A stretch of DNA of 64,000 bases from an uncultured virus (IMG/VR IMGVR_UViG_3300033075_001165) (Duplodnaviria; Heunggongvirae; Uroviricota; Caudoviricetes): IMG/VR virus record IMGVR_UViG_3300033075_001165. One strand, 5' to 3'. The stretch's first letter is position 1. Each line of letters starts with the position of its first letter. Below the pieces are notes generated by a model. That model saw nothing but the letters and a program-made list of their open reading frames with translations, was not told the DNA's origin and made no database searches. Below, one piece after another: positions 1-9,307 of this stretch. Made by a program: the position numbers and the translations under genes.

Positions 1-97
1 GCGGATAAGCAATCATTGGAGGCTAAAGGAGCTTATAAGAAAATGACAAGCTTTTGTGACCATGCTACATTAGCCCCAACATCACCGAGAATAGTAG

Positions 98-370
98 ATG
101 AATTATTGTGTAATAAATTTAAAAGGAAATAAGATGACAAAAGTAAGAGTTGATTTTTATAAATACACAGGAAAACATTATGATTCATTTGAATACGTAA
201 GCGAGTTGCCGTGTTTTGAAATTCCTAAAATAAGAGATGAGGTTCAATTTAAATCTGAATTTATTAAAGGAATGAATTTTACTATTGAGGTAGATGAACA
301 GCATAAAGGGTGGAATAAGTATTTATTTTTAGTTGATATAAGCAGTTACAATGAACACAAACAGAGTTAA
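98..370 (+). CDS. hypothetical phage protein
   Basis: ORF track; overlaps the next ORF as in an operon. Confidence 0.55.
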   Translation: MNYCVINLKGNKMTKVRVDFYKYTGKHYDSFEYVSELPCFEIPKIRDEVQFKSEFIKGMNFTIEVDEQHKGWNKYLFLVDISSYNEHKQS

Positions 371-842
371 ATCGGCGGTTGCTAAGAGCTTATATCCTTT
401 CATCTTTACAAGTAGTAAAAGGGTGATGACTGTTAATTATTTTAATTTAATGGTGATATTACCTAATGAAGAATCAGCTTTACTTAACTTTCTAATAAAA
501 GAGAGTACTCAGTATAATACGTTTAAGTATTCAACAAGGTTGTTAGAGAAGTATAGGATGTATGTTAGTGCAGTTAAAAGGAACTTATCCGCCGATGTAA
601 ATTTTAATACAAACATCAAAATTACCCGCGAGGTGTTCATTAGATTGATTGAGAAAGGACTTCTGTTTAGAGTGGAGAATGAGTATGTGATTAACTTTGC
701 CCTCGCCTATTCCCATCAATATGAGAAACAAACAGATATATTTAGAAAATATTACAATGATATTGTAACTGGTCATAAGGATAATTGGGAACAATTGTTT
801 TATGAATTAAATGTACAAGTATTAAAACAAATCCGCCGATAA
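351..842 (+). CDS. hypothetical protein, possible winged-helix DNA-binding protein
   Basis: 163 aa; C-terminal 'REVFIRLIEKGLLFRVENEYVINF' resembles a wHTH recognition helix and wing. Confidence 0.5.
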   Translation: MNTNRVKSAVAKSLYPFIFTSSKRVMTVNYFNLMVILPNEESALLNFLIKESTQYNTFKYSTRLLEKYRMYVSAVKRNLSADVNFNTNIKITREVFIRLIEKGLLFRVENEYVINFALAYSHQYEKQTDIFRKYYNDIVTGHKDNWEQLFYELNVQVLKQIRR

Positions 843-1168
843 TGGAACAACAACTAAGAAAAACTATCGAAATAACCTCAATAGAAGCCCTTAAAACGAT
901 TCTATTTATGAAGTTTAGTATTACCTCACCTTTAGAGACATCGTTGTTTAGCGAGCTTTTAAAACTATCTGGCGGACAGCCCATAACTTTAACTCCAGTA
1001 ATAAGGGATGATATAGAAAAGAGAATAGGATATGCTGGAATAAGTACAGCTTTAGGGCGGATGGAGAAGACAGGAGTATTGAGAAGACAAAACAAAACAA
1101 TAGTATTCAGCCCCATTTTTAATAATTGGGATAAGACAGTACAAATATTATTCAAGATTAACTTTTAA
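842..1168 (+). CDS. hypothetical protein, possible winged-helix
   Basis: TAATG coupling to the upstream ORF; 'ISTALGRMEKTGVLRRQNKTIVFSPIF' is wHTH-like. Confidence 0.5.
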   Translation: MEQQLRKTIEITSIEALKTILFMKFSITSPLETSLFSELLKLSGGQPITLTPVIRDDIEKRIGYAGISTALGRMEKTGVLRRQNKTIVFSPIFNNWDKTVQILFKINF

Positions 1169-1652
1169 CCATTTCGCTAATCGTATGTGTATGGGTTACT
1201 TTACCATTTTTTACTGTGATATACAGTTGTTTACCTAATAAATCAGGGAGAGTAAAATCTTGTCCATCGATTAATCCTGCCGATGATGCAATACGACAAA
1301 TAATAGCATGGCATACAGCAGTTTTATCTGGGTTTTCTATGCGCTTATTGTTACGTACATCAACAGCAAACATTTCTTTTGATACAGGATGTTGTTTAAA
1401 TACGATATGAGTGGGTTTTGATGCGCCGATGGATTCTTCTGTATGGTATCCAATTAAGTTAATCCATTGGCTTATAAACGCTCCACCAGCCGATTTAAAT
1501 TTAATCCGCAGTTGAGGGGTACGGTCAGTCCAAAGATGCGGGAAGGCTTTAGCTAAATCATCTGACACTTCAGAGATAGTTACAAGATGAGTTCCGTCAC
1601 GTAATACGGAGTTGTTGCGGTTGTGGCTTTGTGCCTTAAAATTTGTTTTCAT
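1158..1652 (-). CDS. hypothetical protein, possibly OB-fold/DUF669-like
   Basis: 164 aa; 'DGTHLVTISEV...DLLGKQLYITVK' resembles DUF669-type phage ssDNA-binding proteins. Confidence 0.45.
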   Translation of the reverse strand: MKTNFKAQSHNRNNSVLRDGTHLVTISEVSDDLAKAFPHLWTDRTPQLRIKFKSAGGAFISQWINLIGYHTEESIGASKPTHIVFKQHPVSKEMFAVDVRNNKRIENPDKTAVCHAIICRIASSAGLIDGQDFTLPDLLGKQLYITVKNGKVTHTHTISEMVKS

Positions 1653-1703
1653 GGTTAAAATATTTTTAGGTGGATAAAAAGCGTTATATGTCCTTAGCTA
1701 CAA

Positions 1704-1762
1704 ATATCCCCTCTGTGCTCAATAAAACCTGTCAAGACAAATTGAGTAGTGAGAGGGGATAT
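1704..1762. repeat. intergenic inverted repeat (hairpin)
   Basis: ATATCCCCTCT-GTGCTCAAT ... ATTGAGTAG-TGAGAGGGGATAT between two minus-strand ORFs. Confidence 0.6.
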
Positions 1763-1766
1763 AGGA

Positions 1767-2084
1767 TTAATGTATTCCTTTCCATTCAATGGCAGCCATC
1801 GCCTGACGTTTAAGGGTGGCGGATAGTTCCGCGAGTATTAGCTCTAAATCGGTTAAATCTTTATCGTAAAGAGTGTCAAACATGAATGGGGTAGGGTTAA
1901 GATAATCAGAATAACCCAAGCAGAAGCCATTTAAAGCGCGTCCAGTCTTGAATATATCTTCAATGAGACAAACTTTTTCTTGGCGGATGCACACTTTAAA
2001 TCCTCCATCCTGTTCAATTTCAGCCATAACTTCATTAATCAATTGGTTAAGGCGTTTAGGCTGTATATTTGATATAGTACTCAT
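1767..2084 (-). CDS. hypothetical protein
   Basis: ORF track; co-oriented with neighbours. Confidence 0.6.
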   Translation of the reverse strand: MSTISNIQPKRLNQLINEVMAEIEQDGGFKVCIRQEKVCLIEDIFKTGRALNGFCLGYSDYLNPTPFMFDTLYDKDLTDLELILAELSATLKRQAMAAIEWKGIH

Positions 2085-2217
2085 ATAGCTTGGGATATTT
2101 TAATTAATATTTGTTTAATTGACTCCTTCGTTTTTTCATCAGTATGGGGGTTATCAATTTTAGTTTTTAAAATAGCGCTTGTTAAAGCGGCTTCGTCGAT
2201 TGTTAGTTTTAAGTCTA

Positions 2218-2457
2218 TCATAATTCTAATTTAGGGTTAGACAATTGTTTTTTAAATGTACGTGCAATATTATTAGCTTTAAATGTAAAGGGCAGTTTTT
2301 CTCCCCAAACGCGCTTATTTTCTGGGCTGTCATTTACCGTTATTATTCCTGAGCCACGTTTATGAAGGCTTACAATTGTAGCTGTATAACCTAACGATTT
2401 GTGTGTTATAACATCACCAACAGTTAAAATAAGGGTATTTAAAGCAAATGTTTTCAT
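2218..2457 (-). CDS. hypothetical protein
   Basis: ORF track; coupled to 2457..2666. Confidence 0.55.
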   Translation of the reverse strand: MKTFALNTLILTVGDVITHKSLGYTATIVSLHKRGSGIITVNDSPENKRVWGEKLPFTFKANNIARTFKKQLSNPKLEL

Positions 2458-2666
2458 TAGTCAGTTGTTTTATTTTCTTCTTTATAAAAGTGGCAGGCTG
2501 GTGTTTTACATTTTATTTTTAGCTGTCCATTATCGGTTAAATTGCTTTTAACTATTCCGCAATATTGTATAACTTTACTTCCGCAGTGGTGGCGCTGTCT
2601 GTGCTCACAAGTACGGCAAAATTTATCTGGGTATTGGGGCTCTATTTCAAAAAGTTTATTTTGCAT
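2457..2666 (-). CDS. small Cys-rich (CxxC) hypothetical protein
   Basis: CRTC...C...C...C...C, possible Zn binding. Confidence 0.55.
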   Translation of the reverse strand: MQNKLFEIEPQYPDKFCRTCEHRQRHHCGSKVIQYCGIVKSNLTDNGQLKIKCKTPACHFYKEENKTTD

Positions 2667-2857
2667 TTAGATTATAATGTTTTAACAGTTCTTTATCAGT
2701 AACAATTAACGGTTTATTGTTTTGTAATTTGGCGGCAATTTCGCGCAGTCTACGAGCGCAAAAACTGCCAGTCATTAACGCCTCTAATTTAGCGGCTTTA
2801 ATTCTTATATCAATTATATATTGTGGCGTTTCCATAAGTTTATAGTTTTAAAGGTTA

Positions 2858-3211
2858 TTAATCTAAAAGGGCTAATAAATGCGGGTCGTTTTCAATCGCT
2901 GGTAATTTGTCCGCGTCTTTAATATAAAATTGTTCAATAAAAAAATCATTTTGTTTTCCTTGTAAGAACATCATAAAGTGAAAACGGCTTAATACTTGGC
3001 GGAGCTCTAAAACATCGTTTAAATAGCCTAAAAATTCCGGTTCACCTTGTTGTGGCTTTCCCATATACCAGAATTTGTTTAGCCATATTTTAGGCTCAGT
3101 TTGTCCGCTTAGGTCGTCGTTAATTATTTCAATTTTTAACGGCATTTTTTGGCTCATTGCCAGCGCTTTTAGTTTTTGTATTGCGGTTTTCATAGTTTTA
3201 ATTTTTAACAT
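2858..3211 (-). CDS. hypothetical protein
   Basis: ORF track; early-type cluster. Confidence 0.55.
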   Translation of the reverse strand: MLKIKTMKTAIQKLKALAMSQKMPLKIEIINDDLSGQTEPKIWLNKFWYMGKPQQGEPEFLGYLNDVLELRQVLSRFHFMMFLQGKQNDFFIEQFYIKDADKLPAIENDPHLLALLD

Positions 3212-3281
3212 GTTGGTGCATTTGGAGGGTATTGTCCTAAATACTCTCTGCCTATTTGTTTTAATATGTTTCTAATTGTTT

Positions 3282-3473
3282 TCATGCTGGTAAAATATCA
3301 GTTATTTGGTAATTATATTTAATTTGTTGTTTTTTGTCAAAATAGGGCACAATTTTACCTATATCTTTAGCCTTCATTAGGTTGTATGTATATTCACTCA
3401 CCGTTATGTGTTTGATTTCTTTAGCTCCGCTAAATGTATCAACAAAAATTATTTTAATATGCTTAATGTCCAT
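3282..3473 (-). CDS. hypothetical protein
   Basis: ORF track; early-type cluster. Confidence 0.5.
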   Translation of the reverse strand: MDIKHIKIIFVDTFSGAKEIKHITVSEYTYNLMKAKDIGKIVPYFDKKQQIKYNYQITDILPA

Positions 3474-3484
3474 AACTTTAAATA

Positions 3485-3709
3485 TTAATGGTTAAATAAA
3501 ATTGAATCGCGGGTTAAATTTAATTGAATAGTATTAAATACACTCTTTTCAGCAGCTATACAAAACAGCTCTGTTTTTGGCTCTTTTATTGAATAGGCTC
3601 TTTTAACCACTTCAATAAATTCTTGTTTAGTGAATGGCTTAGTGCCTAATAAGTGCGCAAAATTGCGTATCTGGTCAATAAATAGGGGGTTTAAATTGGT
3701 GGCTTGCAT
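3485..3709 (-). CDS. hypothetical protein
   Basis: ORF track; early-type cluster. Confidence 0.5.
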   Translation of the reverse strand: MQATNLNPLFIDQIRNFAHLLGTKPFTKQEFIEVVKRAYSIKEPKTELFCIAAEKSVFNTIQLNLTRDSILFNH

Positions 3710-3930
3710 AGGTATTAATTTTTAAAAATTGTTGTTTAAATTGAATTTATGGGGGTTTTAGGGGGCTTTATTGTTCCTTAGCTACAATTATTTGCGCGGC
3801 GGATAAGTTTAGCCAATGGGTACTATAATAAGTGGTAGTGGGTTTTCTTGTGGTGCTCTTTCACCTTTACAAGTTTGCGGGGTTTGGTTTTCTCTTGGTT
3901 GCATATTTGACAGGGTTTTAGGGGTTATTA

Positions 3931-4128
3931 TTAAATAAATATATGTATAATTGTTTCGCTGCTGGTTTTGGTTATCGTTTCGCCCGTTTTTAGTTGGCTA
4001 AAATGATTCTGGCGCTGTCCCATTGCGTTAATATAAGATACTTGTATCTCTTTTGTATTAAAACTTTCGTTTTTGTAGCACTCGCCCAAACTTAGGCTTA
4101 TATATGCGCTTGTTGTTGTTTGTTTCAT
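3931..4128 (-). CDS. hypothetical protein
   Basis: ORF track; early-type cluster. Confidence 0.5.
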   Translation of the reverse strand: MKQTTTSAYISLSLGECYKNESFNTKEIQVSYINAMGQRQNHFSQLKTGETITKTSSETIIHIFI

Positions 4129-4207
4129 GGTAGTGTGTTTTAAATGGTTATTATTTTACTATTTCAACTGTAATGACGGTACAAAATGGCGTATCATTAG
4201 AATGTAG

Positions 4208-4480
4208 TTATTTAATTGGCTCTATTTCTAAATAGTTTTCTTTAAACTTACAAACACCTATACAATATTTATTGTAAATTGGTTGTTTGTCATAATCGTA
4301 GTTAGGGTGTCCTATAATAACAAGCCTAAAATCTGTGTTTTCGCGCTGGTCATCAAATTTTATCTTAGCATAGTCCATTGCTTTAGCAAGCGCCTGTATA
4401 CCGTTTTTAGCTAATATTACGGGGCTAGTTTGGGTGGCATAAAAACTGCCTATTCGGTGGTTAATTTTATATTTTTGCAT
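4208..4480 (-). CDS. hypothetical protein
   Basis: ORF track; ATG at 4480 preferred over the upstream TTG. Confidence 0.5.
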   Translation of the reverse strand: MQKYKINHRIGSFYATQTSPVILAKNGIQALAKAMDYAKIKFDDQRENTDFRLVIIGHPNYDYDKQPIYNKYCIGVCKFKENYLEIEPIK

Positions 4481-4775
4481 AACTGACAAATTTTAAATGT
4501 TTGATAATCAATAATTTAACGGCGGATAAAATCCTAATTTAGGTTATAATTGAGTGCTAAATATATTAGCTCATCAATAGTTAATAGTTGGTCTTTCATA
4601 GGTTAGTGTCTTGCTGTTGTGGTTCTACCTGTTGGGCGTAAATCCTTTTTCCCTTTTTCGTCTTTGTAAACCTCTAAAATTCTGCCGTATTGGTCAATAC
4701 ATTCGGCTGGGTTGTTTGGGTTTGGTATTAAACGTAGCCCGCTACATTTAACGCCTCTAAATACATTAGTTTTCA

Positions 4776-5042
4776 TTATTTACCAGTTTTAACAAGTTCA
4801 ACAATTCGTCTATTTAATTCAATAGTGTTGTAAGATTGAAATACTATGCCACCACCAAATTGCTTATTGTGGTATTTGCGTCCTCCGATTTTATTAGCTA
4901 ATTTAATAGCATTAGCGTAAGATTCTTCAATACTGTTTGCTGTTGTTCCCATTTTATTAAATACAGTAAAATGGCACACATAACGGGGGTTTCCGTTTAC
5001 ATCGTTTTTGATGCGAGTGAATTCGATTTCTTTAGTTTTCAT
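4776..5042 (-). CDS. hypothetical phage protein
   Basis: 88 aa 'NDVNGNPRYVCHF...GGRKYHNKQFGGGIVFQSYN'; first gene downstream of a TTGTAACCTTTT box. Confidence 0.65.
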   Translation of the reverse strand: MKTKEIEFTRIKNDVNGNPRYVCHFTVFNKMGTTANSIEESYANAIKLANKIGGRKYHNKQFGGGIVFQSYNTIELNRRIVELVKTGK

Positions 5043-5546
5043 AATTGACAGGTTTTAAAGGTTAATAATTGTTTGCATTGCTAATATACTTGTTATACTG
5101 TTTAAGCTCGTAAAAGGTTACAAAGAATTATAACAAATTAATGCAACCTTAATATAACTTACTATGTATCAAATAGATTAATTTTGTTTTACGTTTAATC
5201 TTTTATTCATTATGCAACTATTCGCGCAGGCTATTACTATACATACTAAGGCGCATATATAATATAACAGCGGGCAAATAAACCACACTACAAGCCAATA
5301 TACAACACACATTACAATTTTAAACGGCGGATGAACCCACTATTTAGTCCCTTCAAATCCTTATACTATCTATAAACCTACACATACTAATTATAACAGA
5401 TATTAACCAAACCACTAAACACCCCATAAAAAACAACACAAGAACCAAACCAAAAACCACCCAAAACAAAGGGCAGGGATATTATATCCTTTATATATTA
5501 ATGTACTAAAAACTAATTTTTCGCCTGATACGCATTTAAAAGCCTT

Positions 5547-5762
5547 TTAACGAGCTTTAGTTAAATTCTTAGCATTACCCCTTCCTTTGATTTTAATCAC
5601 TCTAATGGCAAATAAACGATATTCTACGCCATTTCTATTAAATGTATTAGCCTTTCGTGTTGAGTTGTTGTATGATAATCCTGCGCTAATAATAGCCTGT
5701 TTGCGTGTTGTGAAGGCTTTATCTATTGGCTCATTGCCCTTTGTTATTATGTATAATATCAT
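5547..5762 (-). CDS. small basic hypothetical protein
   Basis: ORF track; TATATTTG box upstream on the minus strand (5786-5793). Confidence 0.5.
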   Translation of the reverse strand: MILYIITKGNEPIDKAFTTRKQAIISAGLSYNNSTRKANTFNRNGVEYRLFAIRVIKIKGRGNAKNLTKAR

Positions 5763-6136
5763 GCTAAATAGTGTTAAATACAGGGCAAATATAGCTATTA
5801 TTTGCGACTCTACAAGCGATTACAGTCTCAAATAGGGGCTAAATGTATTAAATAGCAGTGCTAAGCAATGCAGGCAACACACAGGGCAGGGCTAAATCTA
5901 TATAATATAACAAAACTGTTACCAAATTTATACCCTTATATTCTGCAACAAATTTGTTAGATTTCACAACAAACGTTAAAAACCCTAAATAAAAACAAAA
6001 AAAAAGAGATTCCTTTTTATTTCTCAATCCTCAAAAAACAAGCCCCCCGTACAGGCGGATGAAATCGTAATCCGTAAATGGGGTATATAGTATCCCTCCC
6101 TTACCTATAAATAATTTTTTAAATAGTTATTGTTTA

Positions 6137-6159
6137 TTGTAACCTTTTATGTATATTTG
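6137..6159 (+). promoter_or_regulatory. TTGTAACCTTTT box plus Bacteroidota-type -7 promoter element (TATATTTG)
   Basis: TTGTAACCTTTT at 6137-6148, TATATTTG at 6152-6159, ATG at 6183. Confidence 0.6.
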
Positions 6160-6182
6160 TAGTATAAATATAAAAACTGGAT

Positions 6183-6392
6183 ATGAAAAAAATAAGGTAT
6201 TGGGTTGTTAGGTTATTTTTAAGTTATGAGGAGATGTTGTTGTTGGGGGAGGCTGTTGATAGGAGGATTGAGGGGTTGGAGAGATATAGGGTTTTGGAGA
6301 AGACGGCGGATAAAGATTTTATTGATATGGATTTAAGGGTATTGTGGGGGTTGAAGACTGGTATTTGTTTATTTGAGGGTAAAAAGAGATAG
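6183..6392 (+). CDS. hypothetical protein
   Basis: ORF track; first gene of the plus-strand arm. Confidence 0.5.
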   Translation: MKKIRYWVVRLFLSYEEMLLLGEAVDRRIEGLERYRVLEKTADKDFIDMDLRVLWGLKTGICLFEGKKR

Positions 6393-6465
6393 TTGTTGGT
6401 AAAATCTAATGGTGAGTAATGGGTATAAGATGTATATTTGTATAATTAAAAACCGATAAGAAATA

Positions 6466-6831
6466 ATGAAAGTAAAAGTTAGATGTAATTGTGAGTGTCA
6501 TAAAAGTGATGTGGCGATGATGCACTTTATGCCTTGTTGTGATAATGGGTGGGTTTTAACAGAAATCCCTGATTTTGTAGAAAAAACAGACTTAGAAAAG
6601 TTTGTAGAGTTGTATAGGGGTTTTGGGATAGAGTGTAAGGTAAATGAAACTGAGGAGTTTAAGGGTTCATCGGCGGGTCAAAAAATTAAAACCATAGTGC
6701 TTCAAAACCCCTTTGGCGATGAAATAAAGTCCGATACAATCACTTATTCTGATAAGATAGTAGGTAACGCCTACACTAAATTAGTATTCTCTAACGAAGG
6801 TAAATTCATAGAACAAGGTATATGGGAATAA
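6466..6831 (+). CDS. hypothetical protein
   Basis: ORF track; TATATTTG at 6433-6440. Confidence 0.6.
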   Translation: MKVKVRCNCECHKSDVAMMHFMPCCDNGWVLTEIPDFVEKTDLEKFVELYRGFGIECKVNETEEFKGSSAGQKIKTIVLQNPFGDEIKSDTITYSDKIVGNAYTKLVFSNEGKFIEQGIWE

Positions 6832-7196
6832 AGTACAAAATATCCCATAACTATGGTTTGGATATAAAGGGTGTAAGAGCTGTTTATAGTTGTTGTTGCT
6901 TGTTAAGTGATGTTGATTTGTATTCAGGGGGCGACAATGACCCTATAAGTTGGACACACTTGGATGCGGACTTGTTGGCAAAGGATGATAATGGAAGGTG
7001 TTTGCCTTATGATGTTACTGTTAGTTTGTTTGCGTTGAATGTGGATAGGGACAAGCATTTGCTTGAGGATATGCCAAGAAGGTTAAGGAGAAGTGGTCAG
7101 GCGGTTGCTGTACACATGGTGGTGTTTGATGGATTAAAGGAATACGAAGAATACATGAATAATAACGATTGTTTAATACAACAGGAGAATAATTAA
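6822..7196 (+). CDS. hypothetical protein
   Basis: ORF track; overlaps the upstream ORF. Confidence 0.55.
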   Translation: MGIKYKISHNYGLDIKGVRAVYSCCCLLSDVDLYSGGDNDPISWTHLDADLLAKDDNGRCLPYDVTVSLFALNVDRDKHLLEDMPRRLRRSGQAVAVHMVVFDGLKEYEEYMNNNDCLIQQENN

Positions 7197-7205
7197 CTAA
7201 AATAT

Positions 7206-7973
7206 ATGAAAATAAAAAAAATCGCCATTAAGGGCAACGGATTCGCGGGACTACACATCACGCATTTAATTCAAGAAAAGGATGCTAAAGGTCGTTTATT
7301 TATTAATGAGCGAACCGATAAACGTAAACAGCCTATCCATTTAGGTTTGGAGAATAAATTTAAGGAATTGCGTCCTTTTTATTTGGAGCTATGTAGAATT
7401 TTACGAGGCGATGAAGATAAAGCCACTAAAGATTACACTATTGGCGAAACAGAGATTACTGGCTTACAAATAGTGATTGACACTACTGAGGATGAAGGGA
7501 CTGGATTTATTATCGAGGGATGTATTGCCTCTGTTGGCGATAAATACATAAAACCTAAAACGGCTAAAATTGAATCGGGCGATGGGTATCATAATTTTGA
7601 TGCGGTACAATTGATTATTAAAGAGATTGTAGAGGAAGTTAGAGCTTATGCTAATGGAAGTGTAGTGGCGAGCGATAGTGAGGTGTTGATTAGATATATG
7701 GAAAGAAACAAAGAAGAGGGAATTGAGATTGAGGCTATCAAAAATATGTCGGCGGATGAGCAGAAAGAATTGTTAACATCGATTTTAGAAAAGAAGTTTG
7801 GAATGGTGGTAATGGGAAATGATGATTTAGTTGTTGACGAAGATACCGATATTACAGAAGATTTAATTGGTGGTAAAAGTGAAGAAATTAAAGAAGAAAC
7901 ATTTACGCTAAATGCTGAAACAAATGTTATCCCTATTACATTAAACCCTTCACCAGAACTTAAAAAAGCATAA
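7206..7973 (+). CDS. hypothetical phage protein, acidic C-terminus
   Basis: 255 aa ORF coupled (TAATG) to the nuclease gene. Confidence 0.7.
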   Translation: MKIKKIAIKGNGFAGLHITHLIQEKDAKGRLFINERTDKRKQPIHLGLENKFKELRPFYLELCRILRGDEDKATKDYTIGETEITGLQIVIDTTEDEGTGFIIEGCIASVGDKYIKPKTAKIESGDGYHNFDAVQLIIKEIVEEVRAYANGSVVASDSEVLIRYMERNKEEGIEIEAIKNMSADEQKELLTSILEKKFGMVVMGNDDLVVDEDTDITEDLIGGKSEEIKEETFTLNAETNVIPITLNPSPELKKA

Positions 7974-8722
7974 TGGGTCACGGACTATTTGATGAAAAAG
8001 TGGCTTTAGAGCCTATTAGCCACACTTATACTGATAAGGAGGGGTTGAACTATATTTCGGTATCAAAAGTGCTTAGTATGTTATCTGAGCCTTTTGAAAA
8101 TACATGGGCATTTAAACAAGCCACTCCTGAAAAATTAATCGAATGGAAAAAAAAGGGTGATGACGCAAGGGAGCACGGGACGAGTGTGCATAATGCCCTT
8201 GAAACTTATAATAAATTCAAGACTTGTGAGAATCCTGAATGGGAAGAAGGATTAAAGAGTGTGTTAGAAGTTTATAAGGGTTGGAGAAGTTATGATGAGA
8301 TATGTTTGTATAACGATGAGTATAGGATAGCTGGAACTGCTGATAAAATTTCGGCGGTTGGTACAGGAAAAAATGTTTCTGTTGTTATTTCTGATTTTAA
8401 GACAAACATCTCAAAGGGGATTCAATTTCATAGTGATTACAGTAAAACTTTATACGCTCCCTTTGACCATTTGCAAGATTGTAATTATGTAAAATATAGT
8501 TTGCAGTTAAGTTTGTATGCGTATATGTGGGAAAATTTAACTGGAAGGAAAGTAAAGCGGATGTTTATACATTTTATTCCGCCAGACGACTTTACGAAAC
8601 ATCAAATTATACCTGTTAACTACATGAAGCACGATGTAAAGCTATTATTAGAAACATACAAGCCCCAAATAGATTTATTACTTAATAAAAATAAGGTAGA
8701 ACAAGAAAACGAAGCGTTTTAA
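7973..8722 (+). CDS. PD-(D/E)xK (Cas4/RecB-like) nuclease
   Basis: GTSVHNALE, E-x8-AGTAD, DFKT and YSLQLSLYAY motifs. Confidence 0.85.
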   Translation: MGHGLFDEKVALEPISHTYTDKEGLNYISVSKVLSMLSEPFENTWAFKQATPEKLIEWKKKGDDAREHGTSVHNALETYNKFKTCENPEWEEGLKSVLEVYKGWRSYDEICLYNDEYRIAGTADKISAVGTGKNVSVVISDFKTNISKGIQFHSDYSKTLYAPFDHLQDCNYVKYSLQLSLYAYMWENLTGRKVKRMFIHFIPPDDFTKHQIIPVNYMKHDVKLLLETYKPQIDLLLNKNKVEQENEAF

Positions 8723-8773
8723 AATAATTTCCTATATTTGCTGTAACAGCGAGAGGCTGAAACACAAATATAT

Positions 8774-9307
8774 ATGAGTTATTTATTTTACATTGACCCA
8801 ATAGGTCAAAACCCTGTCTTACACCCCGATTGCTTAAAGCTTTGTCCAGAGCTTAGTGTATTAGATGAAAAAGAAGCATTTTGTTTAATATTAGCATACG
8901 ACAATTTTTCACCATATAGACAGTTTGCAGAACAAGAGCGAATTTATCGTGCGTCAATGCAAGTTTTTAATGACAACAATCCTAAACTATTTTCTTCACA
9001 TAAATGGCAAAACGCTGTTGTTGCTTATCAATCTTTGCAATATAATCCTAAATTAGAGCTTATTAAAACATATCAGGCGAAAATTCAAAAGATGCAAGAG
9101 TTAATTGAGGCGGATGACGCTGAAGGTACTATTAACAAATGCTTAAAAATTATTAAGGAATTAAGGAATAGTATTGCTGAATTAGAGAATGAGATACTTG
9201 AAGGATTTCAAAAAGAAGGGCAGCTAATAGGTAAAGCCGATTTAAGTTGGCTTGAGGTGTTAATGCGTAATAAACAATTGTTTAATGCTAAAACAGCCAA
9301 AAAATGA
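8774..9307 (+). CDS. putative terminase small subunit
   Basis: directly upstream of and overlapping TerL (ATGA); helical, coiled-coil C-terminus. Confidence 0.45.
   Translation: MSYLFYIDPIGQNPVLHPDCLKLCPELSVLDEKEAFCLILAYDNFSPYRQFAEQERIYRASMQVFNDNNPKLFSSHKWQNAVVAYQSLQYNPKLELIKTYQAKIQKMQELIEADDAEGTINKCLKIIKELRNSIAELENEILEGFQKEGQLIGKADLSWLEVLMRNKQLFNAKTAKK

Noticed and set aside
7973..8722. Cas4 of a CRISPR system
   Set aside because: No array or other cas genes, and no four-Cys Fe-S pattern; a generic phage PD-(D/E)xK nuclease.
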